A program made the position numbers and the translations under genes. Shown in pieces: positions 36,327-47,321 of a DNA stretch of 54,275 nucleotides (positions are counted from its first letter, which is position 1; the number at the start of each line of letters is the position of its first letter). Source of the stretch: Gammaproteobacteria bacterium (GTDB lineage Bacteria > Pseudomonadota > Gammaproteobacteria > Eutrophobiales > Eutrophobiaceae); contig QNEM01000001.1 in assembly GCA_003645215.1 (NCBI GenBank), positions 1 to 54,275 on the forward strand. The letters are read 5' to 3'. The notes beneath the pieces were generated by a model. It searched no databases. It saw only the letters and a list, made by a program, of their open reading frames with translations, and was not told the origin of the DNA.

Positions 36327-36596
36327 CTAACGAACACTAAATTCTTCAAAATCCTGGTAATCAATGGTTTCACATTGCAGATTTGACACCTGAGCCATGC
36401 TTGGCCCGGATTTCAACCAGTGGTTTAGTTCATCCAGCTGTTGTTGATTACCAAATGCCATCAGCTCAACCCGACCATCCGGTAGATTTCTCACCCAGCC
36501 AGTCAAACCCTTGTTCTCTGCTTGTTGCTGCGTATACATACGAAAGCAAACACCCTGCACCCGGCCTGTTACAAAGCAATGTATGCCCTTATTCAT
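36327..36596 (-). CDS. acyP: Acylphosphatase
   Basis: 89 aa; VTGRVQGVCFR and GWVRNLPDGRVE signatures. Confidence 0.85.
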   Translation of the reverse strand: MNKGIHCFVTGRVQGVCFRMYTQQQAENKGLTGWVRNLPDGRVELMAFGNQQQLDELNHWLKSGPSMAQVSNLQCETIDYQDFEEFSVR

Positions 36597-36717
36597 AAAT
36601 AATTCTATATATATAATTTGTCAGTTGGCAATCAGAGTCGTATATTGTAGTAAATCCTGACTGCTTCTCTATTGAGAAAAGAGCTGTCATAAATAATACA
36701 AGCTTACGGGAATTTTC

Positions 36718-38325
36718 GTGTCCATCGAACAAAATAACCTGCCCATGCGAAAAAAAGGGCGAGAATTAGTAATTGAAACTCGACCCGCCTACATCGAAGA
36801 CTGGCTCGAGACACTGCCATATGCAGACTTTCATAAGACTGTTTCCATATTGACTGAAGCTGTCAAGGCCACGAACAAGGTTCCAATGAAAGCTGCTCGA
36901 CGATTTGAACTGGTAACGCTGTATCATCGTTCATACGATTATTACATCGAGACACAAATAAGAATTTTAAGCAGGCAAACGACTTTCAAAAAAGGTCAGC
37001 ATACCTCAGCAGCCCAGGACATGAAGCAATATGCCATCCAATTGTCACACGCCTGCAAAATCACAGTAAGGGATGTTCTGGATTCAACGTCTCTGTTTGG
37101 ACAGGCAAAATCCCCAACACAACAGGCATTAATGTCGATGGTTTATCTGTCGCATGCCCTGATATACAGTTTTATAGAATATAGCCCGGTGCCAAAAAAG
37201 GTCTGGCATGAAATAAACTCATTGTACGGGTTTGCATCTGGTATCGGCCAGAAACACACAGCAACTGATACACTTGGCGAATCAAGTACGACAACCACCA
37301 TAGAAAACACCTATAAACAAATCCTGCTGGCATCACTATCAGACCCTCTGCATTTACCCTATGGGGGCATATGGGAACTCTATGAACAACTCAGTCTCTG
37401 GGCTGTGCATGCCCAGTTACAAGCCTTTGCCGAGGTAAAAAATCCAGCCGGCTATTTTGTTGTCAATACACAGGAAGATATACCGCCTGTTTCCTATAGT
37501 AAATTCGAAAACAGTCTGGCAAATCAACACCATTTATTACTGGACGCAAACTCATTAAGGGACGTCGCACAGAATTATTTGCAAACCCTGGAATCAGGAA
37601 AGACAACTGATAATAATTTTCTTCTCTCAAAAAATACTGCAACTAAAATGCTTGTTGATTTGGGCAAGTCCTGGGGACTGCCCGCACAACGCTATTTCCC
37701 TCGCAAGGTAGCAGCAGGAAAAATAGATATCGCCGCTGGAATGAATGCCTGTTACTACTTCCATAATGATGAAAATGATATGGCGCAAAAAGCAGATCCA
37801 TACCAGGATACAGCTATTTCTGTGGGGGTAGAGGGAGATGAACACGAATCGCTACGATCAGTTACATACAATAGCGAACAATGGGAGCTGACTGACCAGG
37901 GCTCAAACGGCTTTTGTATCTGGAAAACCGGTCAACCTGCTAAAGCAATACGGGTTGGTGACCTTGTTGGCCTGAAACCAAAGACTAATAATCCTCAGAA
38001 TACCTGGGTGCTAGGTGTCGTACGCTGGTTAATGGTCAGACAACAAAATAACTACAAGGCAGGTATTCAAACACTTTCCCCCCATGCCCAGACGGTAACC
38101 ATCAAGGCACTCTCGGGTAACCCATCAATATGCGTAAAAAGGCGTGGTTTTTTAACGGGAGATCCAAAAACGGGGGTCAATGTGAGTGTCATTACGTCTA
38201 GAGGTTTGTATGCTCCACAGAGACAACTTGAAATCATTCACCAGGACAAAACCTACCGGGTGACTACGGAAAAACTGTTAGAGACCGGCAACTATTTCGA
38301 ACAATTCAATTATAAAATAATCTAG
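36718..38325 (+). CDS. Uncharacterised 535-aa protein; the C-terminal region may be an atypical PilZ-like beta-barrel
   Basis: Long ORF with ordinary composition (GTG start; alternative ATG 36745). The C-terminal EQWELTDQGSNGFCIW...IRVGDLVGL...WVLGVVRWL resembles PilZ-type barrels, but I cannot see the canonical RxxxR motif. Confidence 0.55.
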   Translation: MSIEQNNLPMRKKGRELVIETRPAYIEDWLETLPYADFHKTVSILTEAVKATNKVPMKAARRFELVTLYHRSYDYYIETQIRILSRQTTFKKGQHTSAAQDMKQYAIQLSHACKITVRDVLDSTSLFGQAKSPTQQALMSMVYLSHALIYSFIEYSPVPKKVWHEINSLYGFASGIGQKHTATDTLGESSTTTTIENTYKQILLASLSDPLHLPYGGIWELYEQLSLWAVHAQLQAFAEVKNPAGYFVVNTQEDIPPVSYSKFENSLANQHHLLLDANSLRDVAQNYLQTLESGKTTDNNFLLSKNTATKMLVDLGKSWGLPAQRYFPRKVAAGKIDIAAGMNACYYFHNDENDMAQKADPYQDTAISVGVEGDEHESLRSVTYNSEQWELTDQGSNGFCIWKTGQPAKAIRVGDLVGLKPKTNNPQNTWVLGVVRWLMVRQQNNYKAGIQTLSPHAQTVTIKALSGNPSICVKRRGFLTGDPKTGVNVSVITSRGLYAPQRQLEIIHQDKTYRVTTEKLLETGNYFEQFNYKII

Positions 38326-38334
38326 CCCGGCTTT

Positions 38335-39603
38335 TCACTCAGAGTATCTCAATGCCTTGCTCACTGGTATCGCCAGAGCCACAGCCATACCTGCATCACA
38401 ATCAGCAAGTACCCCCTGTAAAGATTTCTGCCATTTATTAGCGGGTCTGTCCATATTATCGGGTAACTTGCAGGGTAATATTTTATAGAGATCCATCAGT
38501 GTTAATTCACCGAGGTCCCTGATCAGATGCCATTGACCTGATGAATTCCTCTTCACCCAATTTGCCTTGATAAGGATGTCAAAAATTTCGTTCATGGATA
38601 CGTGAGAAATTCGAACACCTGATCTTTTTAATTGCATCACTGAGCTTCCTGTCCCCTGCTTTTGCGCTAACCATAACTCTCCAATAATCTGGTAAGCATC
38701 GAGAAATCCCCAGCGGGATTCAGAATGGTGTTTACCAATATCTTCCATTCGAAATACCGAGAGGCTGTAACTGATTTGTGCACCAAGTAATACAATTAGC
38801 CAGGAAACATAAATCCAGATGAGAAACATGGGTATGACCGCCATGGCACCATAGATCAAGGTATAGGTAGGAACGGATTTTACATACAGGCCAAAGGTAT
38901 ACTTGGCCAGTTCAAATAAGACAGCTGCAGTGACGCCACCTGCAATCGCATGTCTTCTGTTTACATGGGTATTCGGTACCAGAACATACAATAGAGTAAA
39001 CGCGATACTGCTGGTAATAAACGGCATTAATGTCAGCAACCTGGATTTGATGTTTATCGCACTATCAACATTCTCAAGCATCGGTAGTGCAAGTAAATAG
39101 GATGTTGAGTAAAGACCGATACCAATCAACACCGGTCCCAGGGTCAGGATTGCCCAATAGACCAGAAATCGGGCAATCAAATGACGTTGCTTCTTGATTT
39201 GCCATATATTGTCCAATGCTCTATTGATCGTGTGCATCAGCATCAAGGCAATGATCACCAGCAGAATGATGCCAGTTGTTGTGAGTTGCGAGGCCTTGAT
39301 GGAAAAACTTATCAGGTAATCCCGAATCGTTTGCCCAAAGCTTGGAACAAAATTATTGAAGACAAATTCCTGGATGATTTCACTGATATCCTTGAATACA
39401 GACATGTTACTAAAAAAGCTGAACATCACAGCTATCAGGGGCACCAGTGACAGAAGTGTCGTATAGGCCAGTGAGGAAGCAGATTCCATGGTACGACCGG
39501 CGAAAAACTGCTGAAAGACATAACGAACGAAATAAAATAGCCAAATCACAAAAGATCTGGCGATTGAAAATAAATAACTGATTGTCGTATTCTTTGATGA
39601 CAT
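38335..39603 (-). CDS. YihY/BrkB (virulence factor BrkB, formerly RNase BN) family inner-membrane protein
   Basis: 422 aa; N-terminal ...ASSLAYTTLLSLVPLIAV... and six TM helices characteristic of YihY, plus a soluble C-terminal extension. Confidence 0.8.
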   Translation of the reverse strand: MSSKNTTISYLFSIARSFVIWLFYFVRYVFQQFFAGRTMESASSLAYTTLLSLVPLIAVMFSFFSNMSVFKDISEIIQEFVFNNFVPSFGQTIRDYLISFSIKASQLTTTGIILLVIIALMLMHTINRALDNIWQIKKQRHLIARFLVYWAILTLGPVLIGIGLYSTSYLLALPMLENVDSAINIKSRLLTLMPFITSSIAFTLLYVLVPNTHVNRRHAIAGGVTAAVLFELAKYTFGLYVKSVPTYTLIYGAMAVIPMFLIWIYVSWLIVLLGAQISYSLSVFRMEDIGKHHSESRWGFLDAYQIIGELWLAQKQGTGSSVMQLKRSGVRISHVSMNEIFDILIKANWVKRNSSGQWHLIRDLGELTLMDLYKILPCKLPDNMDRPANKWQKSLQGVLADCDAGMAVALAIPVSKALRYSE

Positions 39604-39655
39604 ATCCTGAATCTTTACCTATGCTTCACCCATTCATAATAAACGAGAAATCACT

Positions 39656-40003
39656 ATGAGTGTCACCATATATCATAATCCCCGTTGTTCAAAATCCAGA
39701 CAAACACTGGAGATCCTGAACCAGCAAAATGTAGATATTGAAATCATCGAATATCTGAAAGCCAGCCCGGATGCCGGGACTTTGAAACAAATATTATCTT
39801 ATCTGAAGATCCCGGCCAGAGATCTGTTACGCAAAGGTGAAAGCGCCTATAAAGAGGCCGGTCTTGACGATACAAGTTTGTCTGAAGATGAAATAATCGC
39901 GGCGATGGTGGAACATCCAATTTTGATCGAACGACCCGTGGTGGTAAACAATGGCAAGGCAGCCATAGGCAGACCACCGGAAAGCGTCCTCGATATTTTA
40001 TAA
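39656..40003 (+). CDS. arsC: ArsC-family arsenate reductase (glutaredoxin-coupled type)
   Basis: 115 aa, collinear with E. coli R773 ArsC: IYHNPRCSKSRQTLE (Cys12), LLRKGESAYKE, HPILIERPVVV, GRPPESVLDIL. Confidence 0.85.
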   Translation: MSVTIYHNPRCSKSRQTLEILNQQNVDIEIIEYLKASPDAGTLKQILSYLKIPARDLLRKGESAYKEAGLDDTSLSEDEIIAAMVEHPILIERPVVVNNGKAAIGRPPESVLDIL

Positions 40004-40031
40004 ACATTGGCTCTAGCCCATAAAACCATGA

Positions 40032-41338
<1,307 letters not shown>

Positions 41339-41360
41339 ATCGCGCTGTTCTTGCATATAT

Positions 41361-41386
41361 GCCAATAGGTATATATACCTATTGGC
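41361..41386. repeat. Perfect 26-bp palindrome GCCAATAGGTATATATACCTATTGGC
   Basis: I verified by hand that it is its own reverse complement. It lies between the DUF2066 gene stop and the hda start. Confidence 0.9.
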
Positions 41387-41408
41387 ACTGTTCCTGTTGC
41401 TACCATGC

Positions 41409-42452
41409 CTATTGCACCAATCGATAACTACTTGAACTTATCTGTTCCAGGGTTTGACCCAAACCAACTGCCCTTGATATCACTGAGGCATCTGCCTGGG
41501 TTGTCAGGAGATAGATGACGCTATCCTGATCTACCTCCTTAACTTCAACTCTGGTCACTGAATTCAAGGATTCGAGATAATTTAATACCTTTGCGTACTG
41601 GTTGTAATCGGTAATATCATTGACAAGAATCTCCAGCTCTCCTGACTGCGTATAGGTGCCCGCCTGGCCATATCGTTCTGCCAATGTATCTGCCAGACCA
41701 TCAACACCTTCAATAATCACAGTTTCCGCCAGGTTGCCCTGGGTGACCCAGGTGAACGCATTTTCATCAACGTAGGCTACCCAATGTGCCTCCCATAATT
41801 CCGGTGAAATTGCTTCAAGCCTGCCTGTCAGAACGACATTAGCATTGTAGCGCCTTGATGCAGCTAATACCGGATCCTGAAACCTGCCCCATATATCACT
41901 GACCTGTAGTTGACCGGTATCCTCCAGGTCAAATAATGGGTGCACCAATACGATACCCCTGTTCTTCGCCTGTACTTCCATTTTTTCCACATAGCCAGAA
42001 TCATCACTCAAGCCAGAGAATCGTCTACCAGAGGCATCACTCACTGCCAGCCAGACCAATGTTGAAGGACGCTCCCTGCCCCATGCCGGGATCGCTGCTT
42101 CACGCAATACCTTGTTCAGAGATGCACTATTAAATCTGGCCCAGAGATAGAGTTGTTGGCCACCTGCTTTTTCCCTGGTTCGGTATTCAAACTGTTGTAC
42201 ATATTGATCCGCATCAAACAATAATTCAGTTACCCCATTACGAGAAGGGACATAACGATCACCTGTTAGCTTGATCAGGACAACACGTAAAACGGCAGCC
42301 ATGTTCTTTTTCCTGCTACTTGCTGACTGGTTAGATACAGGAACCTCGGCCTCATATAAACCGGAGACCACGACGGCCTGAACAATTACAGGGGAGGAAA
42401 ATGCAGTGCTGAACAGTAGTACTGTTAAAATATTGACCAGGATTCTTTTCAT
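41409..42452 (-). CDS. DUF2066-like exported protein
   Basis: 347 aa with a signal peptide (LLFSTAFSSPVIVQA). The position between purM and hda matches what I recall for DUF2066 genes in pseudomonads. The family call is from memory. Confidence 0.6.
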   Translation of the reverse strand: MKRILVNILTVLLFSTAFSSPVIVQAVVVSGLYEAEVPVSNQSASSRKKNMAAVLRVVLIKLTGDRYVPSRNGVTELLFDADQYVQQFEYRTREKAGGQQLYLWARFNSASLNKVLREAAIPAWGRERPSTLVWLAVSDASGRRFSGLSDDSGYVEKMEVQAKNRGIVLVHPLFDLEDTGQLQVSDIWGRFQDPVLAASRRYNANVVLTGRLEAISPELWEAHWVAYVDENAFTWVTQGNLAETVIIEGVDGLADTLAERYGQAGTYTQSGELEILVNDITDYNQYAKVLNYLESLNSVTRVEVKEVDQDSVIYLLTTQADASVISRAVGLGQTLEQISSSSYRLVQ

Positions 42453-42495
42453 AATGACGCACGCTATTCAAGAGCCGATGACAAGTCAAGGGTAA

Positions 42496-42655
42496 GGAAC
42501 CTCTGATTAAGTCTGGGTCGAATAGATTGCTGGTTAAACTATCCGGGTTCAAGGCGTGAAACGCACGTAATATTAGGACTATTGCGAAGTTTTACAACGC
42601 AGAAGCCGGATAGTTTAATTGCAAGATGTCGATTCATGACTTAATCAGAGGTTCC
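42496..42655. mobile_element. 160-bp nested inverted-repeat element (MITE-like family B)
   Basis: 18-nt termini GGAACCTCTGATTAAGTC (42496..42513) and GACTTAATCAGAGGTTCC (42638..42655). There is an inner 13-nt inverted repeat TTAAACTATCCGG / CCGGATAGTTTAA. No ORF. Confidence 0.55.
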
Positions 42656-42732
42656 CGAACATCCCGGATGTTCCCCGCAAGAAATATGTTTCAGGGATTG
42701 CGATGTAAGCAGCTCCCCGATACCATTGCGCC

Positions 42733-43779
42733 TTGAAAAACGAGAAACCACAAAAACTTAGCTATCAGGATGCCGGTGTCAGTATTGACCGCGGAAATCG
42801 ACTGATAGATCGGATCAAATCATCAGCTTCAGCCACCCATGGCAAGGGTGTGATGGGAAATCTCGGTGGTTTTGGTGCGCTTTTTGACATCGGTGCCATG
42901 AATTACAGGGATCCGGTACTGGTCTCAGGGACCGATGGTGTCGGTACCAAGCTAAAACTCGCTACCGAGATGAATCAACACAATACTATAGGCATCGATC
43001 TTGTGGCGATGTGTGTCAACGATATCCTTGTCCAGGGTGCCAGCCCCTTATTTTTCCTGGATTATTTCGCCTGTGGCGAACTGGATGTTGATACCGCAAG
43101 TGATGTGATTAATGGCATCGCAGAGGGTTGCAAAATCTCGGACTGTGCCCTGATTGGCGGTGAAACAGCTGAAATGCCAGGCATGTACGCCGCAGGAGAA
43201 TATGATCTCGCAGGTTTTTGTGTCGGTGCAGTTGAACGTGCGGATATTATCGATGGCAGCACTGTTGCTGCTGGCGATACCCTGATCGGCATTGCCTCAA
43301 GTGGGCCACACTCCAATGGCTATTCCCTTATTCGCAAAGTTCTGGAAGTTTCCGATGACAGCCTGGCAACAGAATTCGAAGGACGGACGCTTGGGGAAGT
43401 ACTGCTGGAGCCGACAAAAATATATGTCACAGCCATTAAACAACTTTTTCAAACCTGTGATGTGAAAACCTTATCTCACATTACGGGTGGCGGACTAACT
43501 GAAAATTTACCACGCGTTATTCCTGAGAATGTTCAGGTGACTATAGATACCCGGAGCTGGGAACTGCCTGCTATTTTCAAGTGGCTACAAACTGAAGGGA
43601 ATATCGAATCTCAGGAAATGTATCGTACTTTCAACTGCGGTGTGGGCATGGTGGTTTGTGTTGCAGAAAAAGATAAGGATGCAGCAATTCAATCTTTAAA
43701 GACATCCGGTGAAACTGCATGGGAGATTGGTAAGGTTGAAGTTAAACAGGAAGGGAGTGACATAGTCCTTTTTAGTTAA
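42733..43779 (+). CDS. purM: Phosphoribosylformylglycinamidine cyclo-ligase PurM (TTG start)
   Basis: 348 aa; [49 protein letters not shown]. Confidence 0.95.
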   Translation: MKNEKPQKLSYQDAGVSIDRGNRLIDRIKSSASATHGKGVMGNLGGFGALFDIGAMNYRDPVLVSGTDGVGTKLKLATEMNQHNTIGIDLVAMCVNDILVQGASPLFFLDYFACGELDVDTASDVINGIAEGCKISDCALIGGETAEMPGMYAAGEYDLAGFCVGAVERADIIDGSTVAAGDTLIGIASSGPHSNGYSLIRKVLEVSDDSLATEFEGRTLGEVLLEPTKIYVTAIKQLFQTCDVKTLSHITGGGLTENLPRVIPENVQVTIDTRSWELPAIFKWLQTEGNIESQEMYRTFNCGVGMVVCVAEKDKDAAIQSLKTSGETAWEIGKVEVKQEGSDIVLFS

Positions 43780-43787
43780 GCAATCCT

Positions 43788-44543
43788 TCAGTCACTTTTG
43801 GTTTTTGTCACTGACTCCCGAACCGCAGCCAGAAATCCTCGCAATATACTCACTTCATTTTCATCCATGTGCGCACGATTAAATAAAGATTTTAACCTGC
43901 GCATGAGTTTTCTTGGCTGTTGAGGATTTAAAAAACCAACATCAATCATGCTTTGCTCCAGATGGTCGTAAAAATAAGTCATTTCATCTGCAGTCGCTAA
44001 TCTTGTTTTTTCTTCATTATCTATTTTATCTACGGCATCTGATTGTAAGAGCTGATTAAATTCGTAACAAAGTATCTGTACTGCTGATGCCACATTCAGT
44101 GAACTAAACTCGGGATTCGTTGGTATCTGTAAAATGACGTTACAATACTCCAGCTCTTCATTACTCAATCCCGAACTTTCTCGACCGAACACCAGGGCCA
44201 CTGTGCCGAGTTTTAACATTTCTGATAATTTTGGTGCGTACTCACGTGGAGTGAAGACAGAATGTGAAATGGATCGTGGCCTGGCGGTACTTGCGACTAC
44301 AGTGACACATCCCTGCAAGGCCTCTTCAAGCGAATCGCAAACAACCACCCTGCTGAGGATGTCATCCGCACCAGCGGCACGCGCTGTTGCCTCCGCATTT
44401 GGATAAATCTTTGGCTTCACGAGATAGAGATTATTATAGCCCATGGTCTTCATGGCTCTTGCCGCAGCACCAATATTACCCGGATGGGTAGTTTCAACCA
44501 TCACCACCCTGATGTTTTCTATAGAATGACTATTCATACACAT
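43788..44543 (-). CDS. trmJ: tRNA (cytidine/uridine-2'-O-)-methyltransferase TrmJ (SpoU family)
   Basis: IENIRVVMVETTHPGNIGAAARAMKTMG parallels the E. coli TrmJ N-terminus. Start trimmed to ATG 44543 (or 44537), downstream of GAGGAA. Confidence 0.85.
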   Translation of the reverse strand: MCMNSHSIENIRVVMVETTHPGNIGAAARAMKTMGYNNLYLVKPKIYPNAEATARAAGADDILSRVVVCDSLEEALQGCVTVVASTARPRSISHSVFTPREYAPKLSEMLKLGTVALVFGRESSGLSNEELEYCNVILQIPTNPEFSSLNVASAVQILCYEFNQLLQSDAVDKIDNEEKTRLATADEMTYFYDHLEQSMIDVGFLNPQQPRKLMRRLKSLFNRAHMDENEVSILRGFLAAVRESVTKTKSD

Positions 44544-44726
44544 AAGGTTCCTCATCTTCATTCGGAATGACAGACAGTAAAAAGCATTCTGAATGACAAT
44601 CATCCCTCTGTCATTTCGAACCCTCACCCGTTAATTTGTCGAATACTTAACTTACTCCCTCATACCATTTCGAATCGATATGGGTGAGAAATCTATCCCA
44701 ATAAACAATATTGAAGTAATTTTCCA

Positions 44727-44762
44727 GTGTTCCATTACCCTGTGTTCCATTAGAATGGAACA
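44727..44762. promoter_or_regulatory. Direct repeat plus palindrome in the trmJ/suhB divergent promoter region (candidate operator)
   Basis: GTGTTCCATTA occurs at 44727..44737 and 44742..44752. The second copy is part of the palindrome TGTTCCATT-ag-AATGGAACA (44743..44762). Confidence 0.35.
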
Positions 44763-44809
44763 TATTATTATTCTTAAATATTTTTTTTGCTATTTTTTCG
44801 GAGTCGTCT

Positions 44810-45592
44810 ATGAATCCCATGCTTAATATTGCAATCCGTGCGGCACGTGCCGCAGGAGACGTAATTATACGGCAAATTGATCACGTACAGGATTTACCGG
44901 TGATCAGGAAAAGTAGGAATGACTTCGTCACCGAAGTTGATAAACATGCTGAAATGGCCATTATTAACACACTCCGTAACTCATATCCGGATCATGCTAT
45001 TCTGGCTGAAGAGAGTGGCCAACAGGGTGAGAGTCCCTATCTGTGGATCATAGACCCATTAGATGGCACCACAAACTATCTACATGGATTTCCACAATAC
45101 GCAGTTTCAATTGCACTACAACACCAGGGAGAACTTGTTCAGGCTGTTGTTTATGACCCCTTACGACAGGAGTTATTTACCGCCAGTCGGGGCGAAGGTG
45201 CAATGTTGAATAACAAACGCATGCGCGTCAGTAAGCAAAAACACCTTGAAGGTGCATTACTAGGCACGGGTTTTCCCTTTAAAGAGCAGGAACGCCTGGA
45301 TGAATATCTTGATTCTTTCAAGTCCCTGTTCCCGATGACGGCAGGTATTCGGCGGGCCGGTGCGGCATCACTTGATCTTGCCTATGTTGCCTGTGGCAGG
45401 CTGGATGGTTTCTGGGAACTGGGATTAAAATCCTGGGATATGGCAGCGGGAGCCCTGCTGGTAAAGGAAGCAGGTGGTCTCATCAGTGATCTTGATGGCA
45501 GGGATACTTATTTAAAAAATGGTGACGTTATCGCCGCGAACCCGGACATCTTTGATGAGATGCTGACAAATATCAATAAACCAGATGAGTAA
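44810..45592 (+). CDS. suhB: Inositol monophosphatase family protein SuhB
   Basis: 260 aa; AEESG, WIIDPLDGTTNY, WDMAAG motifs. Confidence 0.9.
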   Translation: MNPMLNIAIRAARAAGDVIIRQIDHVQDLPVIRKSRNDFVTEVDKHAEMAIINTLRNSYPDHAILAEESGQQGESPYLWIIDPLDGTTNYLHGFPQYAVSIALQHQGELVQAVVYDPLRQELFTASRGEGAMLNNKRMRVSKQKHLEGALLGTGFPFKEQERLDEYLDSFKSLFPMTAGIRRAGAASLDLAYVACGRLDGFWELGLKSWDMAAGALLVKEAGGLISDLDGRDTYLKNGDVIAANPDIFDEMLTNINKPDE

Positions 45593-46559
45593 GGAACTAC
45601 ACAAAAATTCCAGAATATATGTTGCCGGGCATAAAGGTCTGGTAGGTTCAGCTATTGTAAGAAAACTTCAGACGGAAGGCTTCGATAATCTGCTATTAAG
45701 GACCCATCAGGAACTTGAATTAACAGATCAAAATGCTGTTAAAGAATTTTTCGAAACAGAGAAACCCGAATTCGTTATCCTGGCAGCTGCCAGGGTGGGC
45801 GGTATTTATGCAAATAATACCTATCCTGCAGATTTCATATTCCAGAATATAGCTATACAAACAAACGTCATCCATGAAGCAAAAGTTTCGGGAGTAAAAA
45901 GACTGCTTTTCCTGGGCTCATCTTGCATCTATCCAAGAGATTGCCCGCAACCAATGAAGGAAGAATATCTGTTATCGGGGCCACTAGAAGCTACAAATCG
46001 TCCGTATGCGATCGCCAAAATTTCTGGTATTGAAATGTGCTGGTCATACAATCGCCAATACGACACACAGTACATGGCAGTAATGCCAACGAATGTTTAT
46101 GGCCCGGAAGATAATTATGACCTGCAGACATCTCATGTCTTACCTGCACTTATTAGAAAATTTCATGAAGCAAAGGTAAAAAATGAGAGCTCAGTGAATG
46201 TATGGGGCACTGGTGAACCCAGGCGTGAGTTTATTCACAGTAAGGATCTGGCTGATGCCTGTATACACTTACTCAGTCAAACAGAAGATATATTGAAATC
46301 CAGTTTTTTAAATAGCGATTCAGTACCTTTGATTAACATAGGCTGTGGAACGGATCAAACAATCAGCGAACTGGCATATATCATCAAGAATGTAACTGGC
46401 TTTGAAGGTGATATTCGATGGGACACTTCAAAGCCGGATGGAACACCTCAAAAACTGTTAGATGTATCTCGTATGTCAGAACTGGGTTGGGACGCAAAAA
46501 TCAATCTTGACGATGGTATTGCCCTGACATATGAAAATTATGTTCTTTCATTGAAATAG
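45585..46559 (+). CDS. fcl: GDP-L-fucose synthase (GDP-4-keto-6-deoxy-D-mannose 3,5-epimerase/4-reductase)
   Basis: 324 aa, collinear with E. coli Fcl: IYVAGHKGLVGSAI, AAARVGGIYANNTYPADFI, LFLGSSCIYP, NRPYAIAKI, KPDGTPQKLLDVS. Its start overlaps the suhB stop by 8 nt. Confidence 0.9.
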   Translation: MSKELHKNSRIYVAGHKGLVGSAIVRKLQTEGFDNLLLRTHQELELTDQNAVKEFFETEKPEFVILAAARVGGIYANNTYPADFIFQNIAIQTNVIHEAKVSGVKRLLFLGSSCIYPRDCPQPMKEEYLLSGPLEATNRPYAIAKISGIEMCWSYNRQYDTQYMAVMPTNVYGPEDNYDLQTSHVLPALIRKFHEAKVKNESSVNVWGTGEPRREFIHSKDLADACIHLLSQTEDILKSSFLNSDSVPLINIGCGTDQTISELAYIIKNVTGFEGDIRWDTSKPDGTPQKLLDVSRMSELGWDAKINLDDGIALTYENYVLSLK

Positions 46560-46602
46560 TTTATATATCCTTTATCCATATTAATTCAAATATTCATAAG
46601 AC

Positions 46603-47307
46603 ATGTCCTATACACTCTCTGTTGTCATCCCCTGTTATAACGAAGTAGCGTCAATTGAAGAACTACTCAAGTCAGTAAGAAATGTCCCCATTGATAATAT
46701 TGAAATTATTGTTGTTGATGATGGATCGACTGATGGAACAAGAGAATTATTGACTGACCGCCTGACAAATAACATTGATAAATTGATACTAAATCAGGAA
46801 AACCAGGGTAAAGGTGCTTCTTTACGATCTGGTATACAACAGGCTACAGGCGACTATCTTGTCATTCAGGATGCCGATCTTGAATATGACCCTGACGAAT
46901 ATCAAAAACTTCTTAAACCCATACTGGACGGCAAGGCAGATGTTGTATATGGAAGTAGATTCCTGGGTGGAGATACTCATCGAGTCCTGTTTTTCTGGCA
47001 TGCTGTCGGCAATCGATTCCTGACGCTACTTAGCAATATGGTCAGTGGGTTAAATCTAACCGATATGGAAACCTGCTATAAAATATTTAAAAGAGAAATA
47101 ATTCAGGGTTTAACCATTTCTGAAAACCGGTTTGGATTTGAACCTGAAATAACAATAAAGCTATCTAGAATACCTGATATTGTTATCTACGAAGTCAGTA
47201 TTTCTTATTCTGGTAGAACCTATGATGAAGGGAAAAAAATAAACTGGAAAGATGGTGTTAGAGCACTTTATTGTATCTTTAAATACGGAATTCTCAGACT
47301 AACTTAA
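46603..47307 (+). CDS. Glycosyltransferase family 2, Dpm1/GtrB/ArnC-like (polyprenyl-phosphate sugar synthase type)
   Basis: 234 aa; [38 protein letters not shown], typical of the soluble Dpm1-like GT2 subgroup. Confidence 0.85.
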   Translation: MSYTLSVVIPCYNEVASIEELLKSVRNVPIDNIEIIVVDDGSTDGTRELLTDRLTNNIDKLILNQENQGKGASLRSGIQQATGDYLVIQDADLEYDPDEYQKLLKPILDGKADVVYGSRFLGGDTHRVLFFWHAVGNRFLTLLSNMVSGLNLTDMETCYKIFKREIIQGLTISENRFGFEPEITIKLSRIPDIVIYEVSISYSGRTYDEGKKINWKDGVRALYCIFKYGILRLT

Positions 47308-47321
47308 ATTATAAAAGTCTC

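Noticed and set aside
42656-42732. Search for an E. coli-type PurR box (ACGCAAACGTTTGCGT) upstream of purM
   Set aside because: I found no acceptable match by eye. Only the unrelated palindrome GAACATCCcGGATGTTC is present, and it is reported as a finding.
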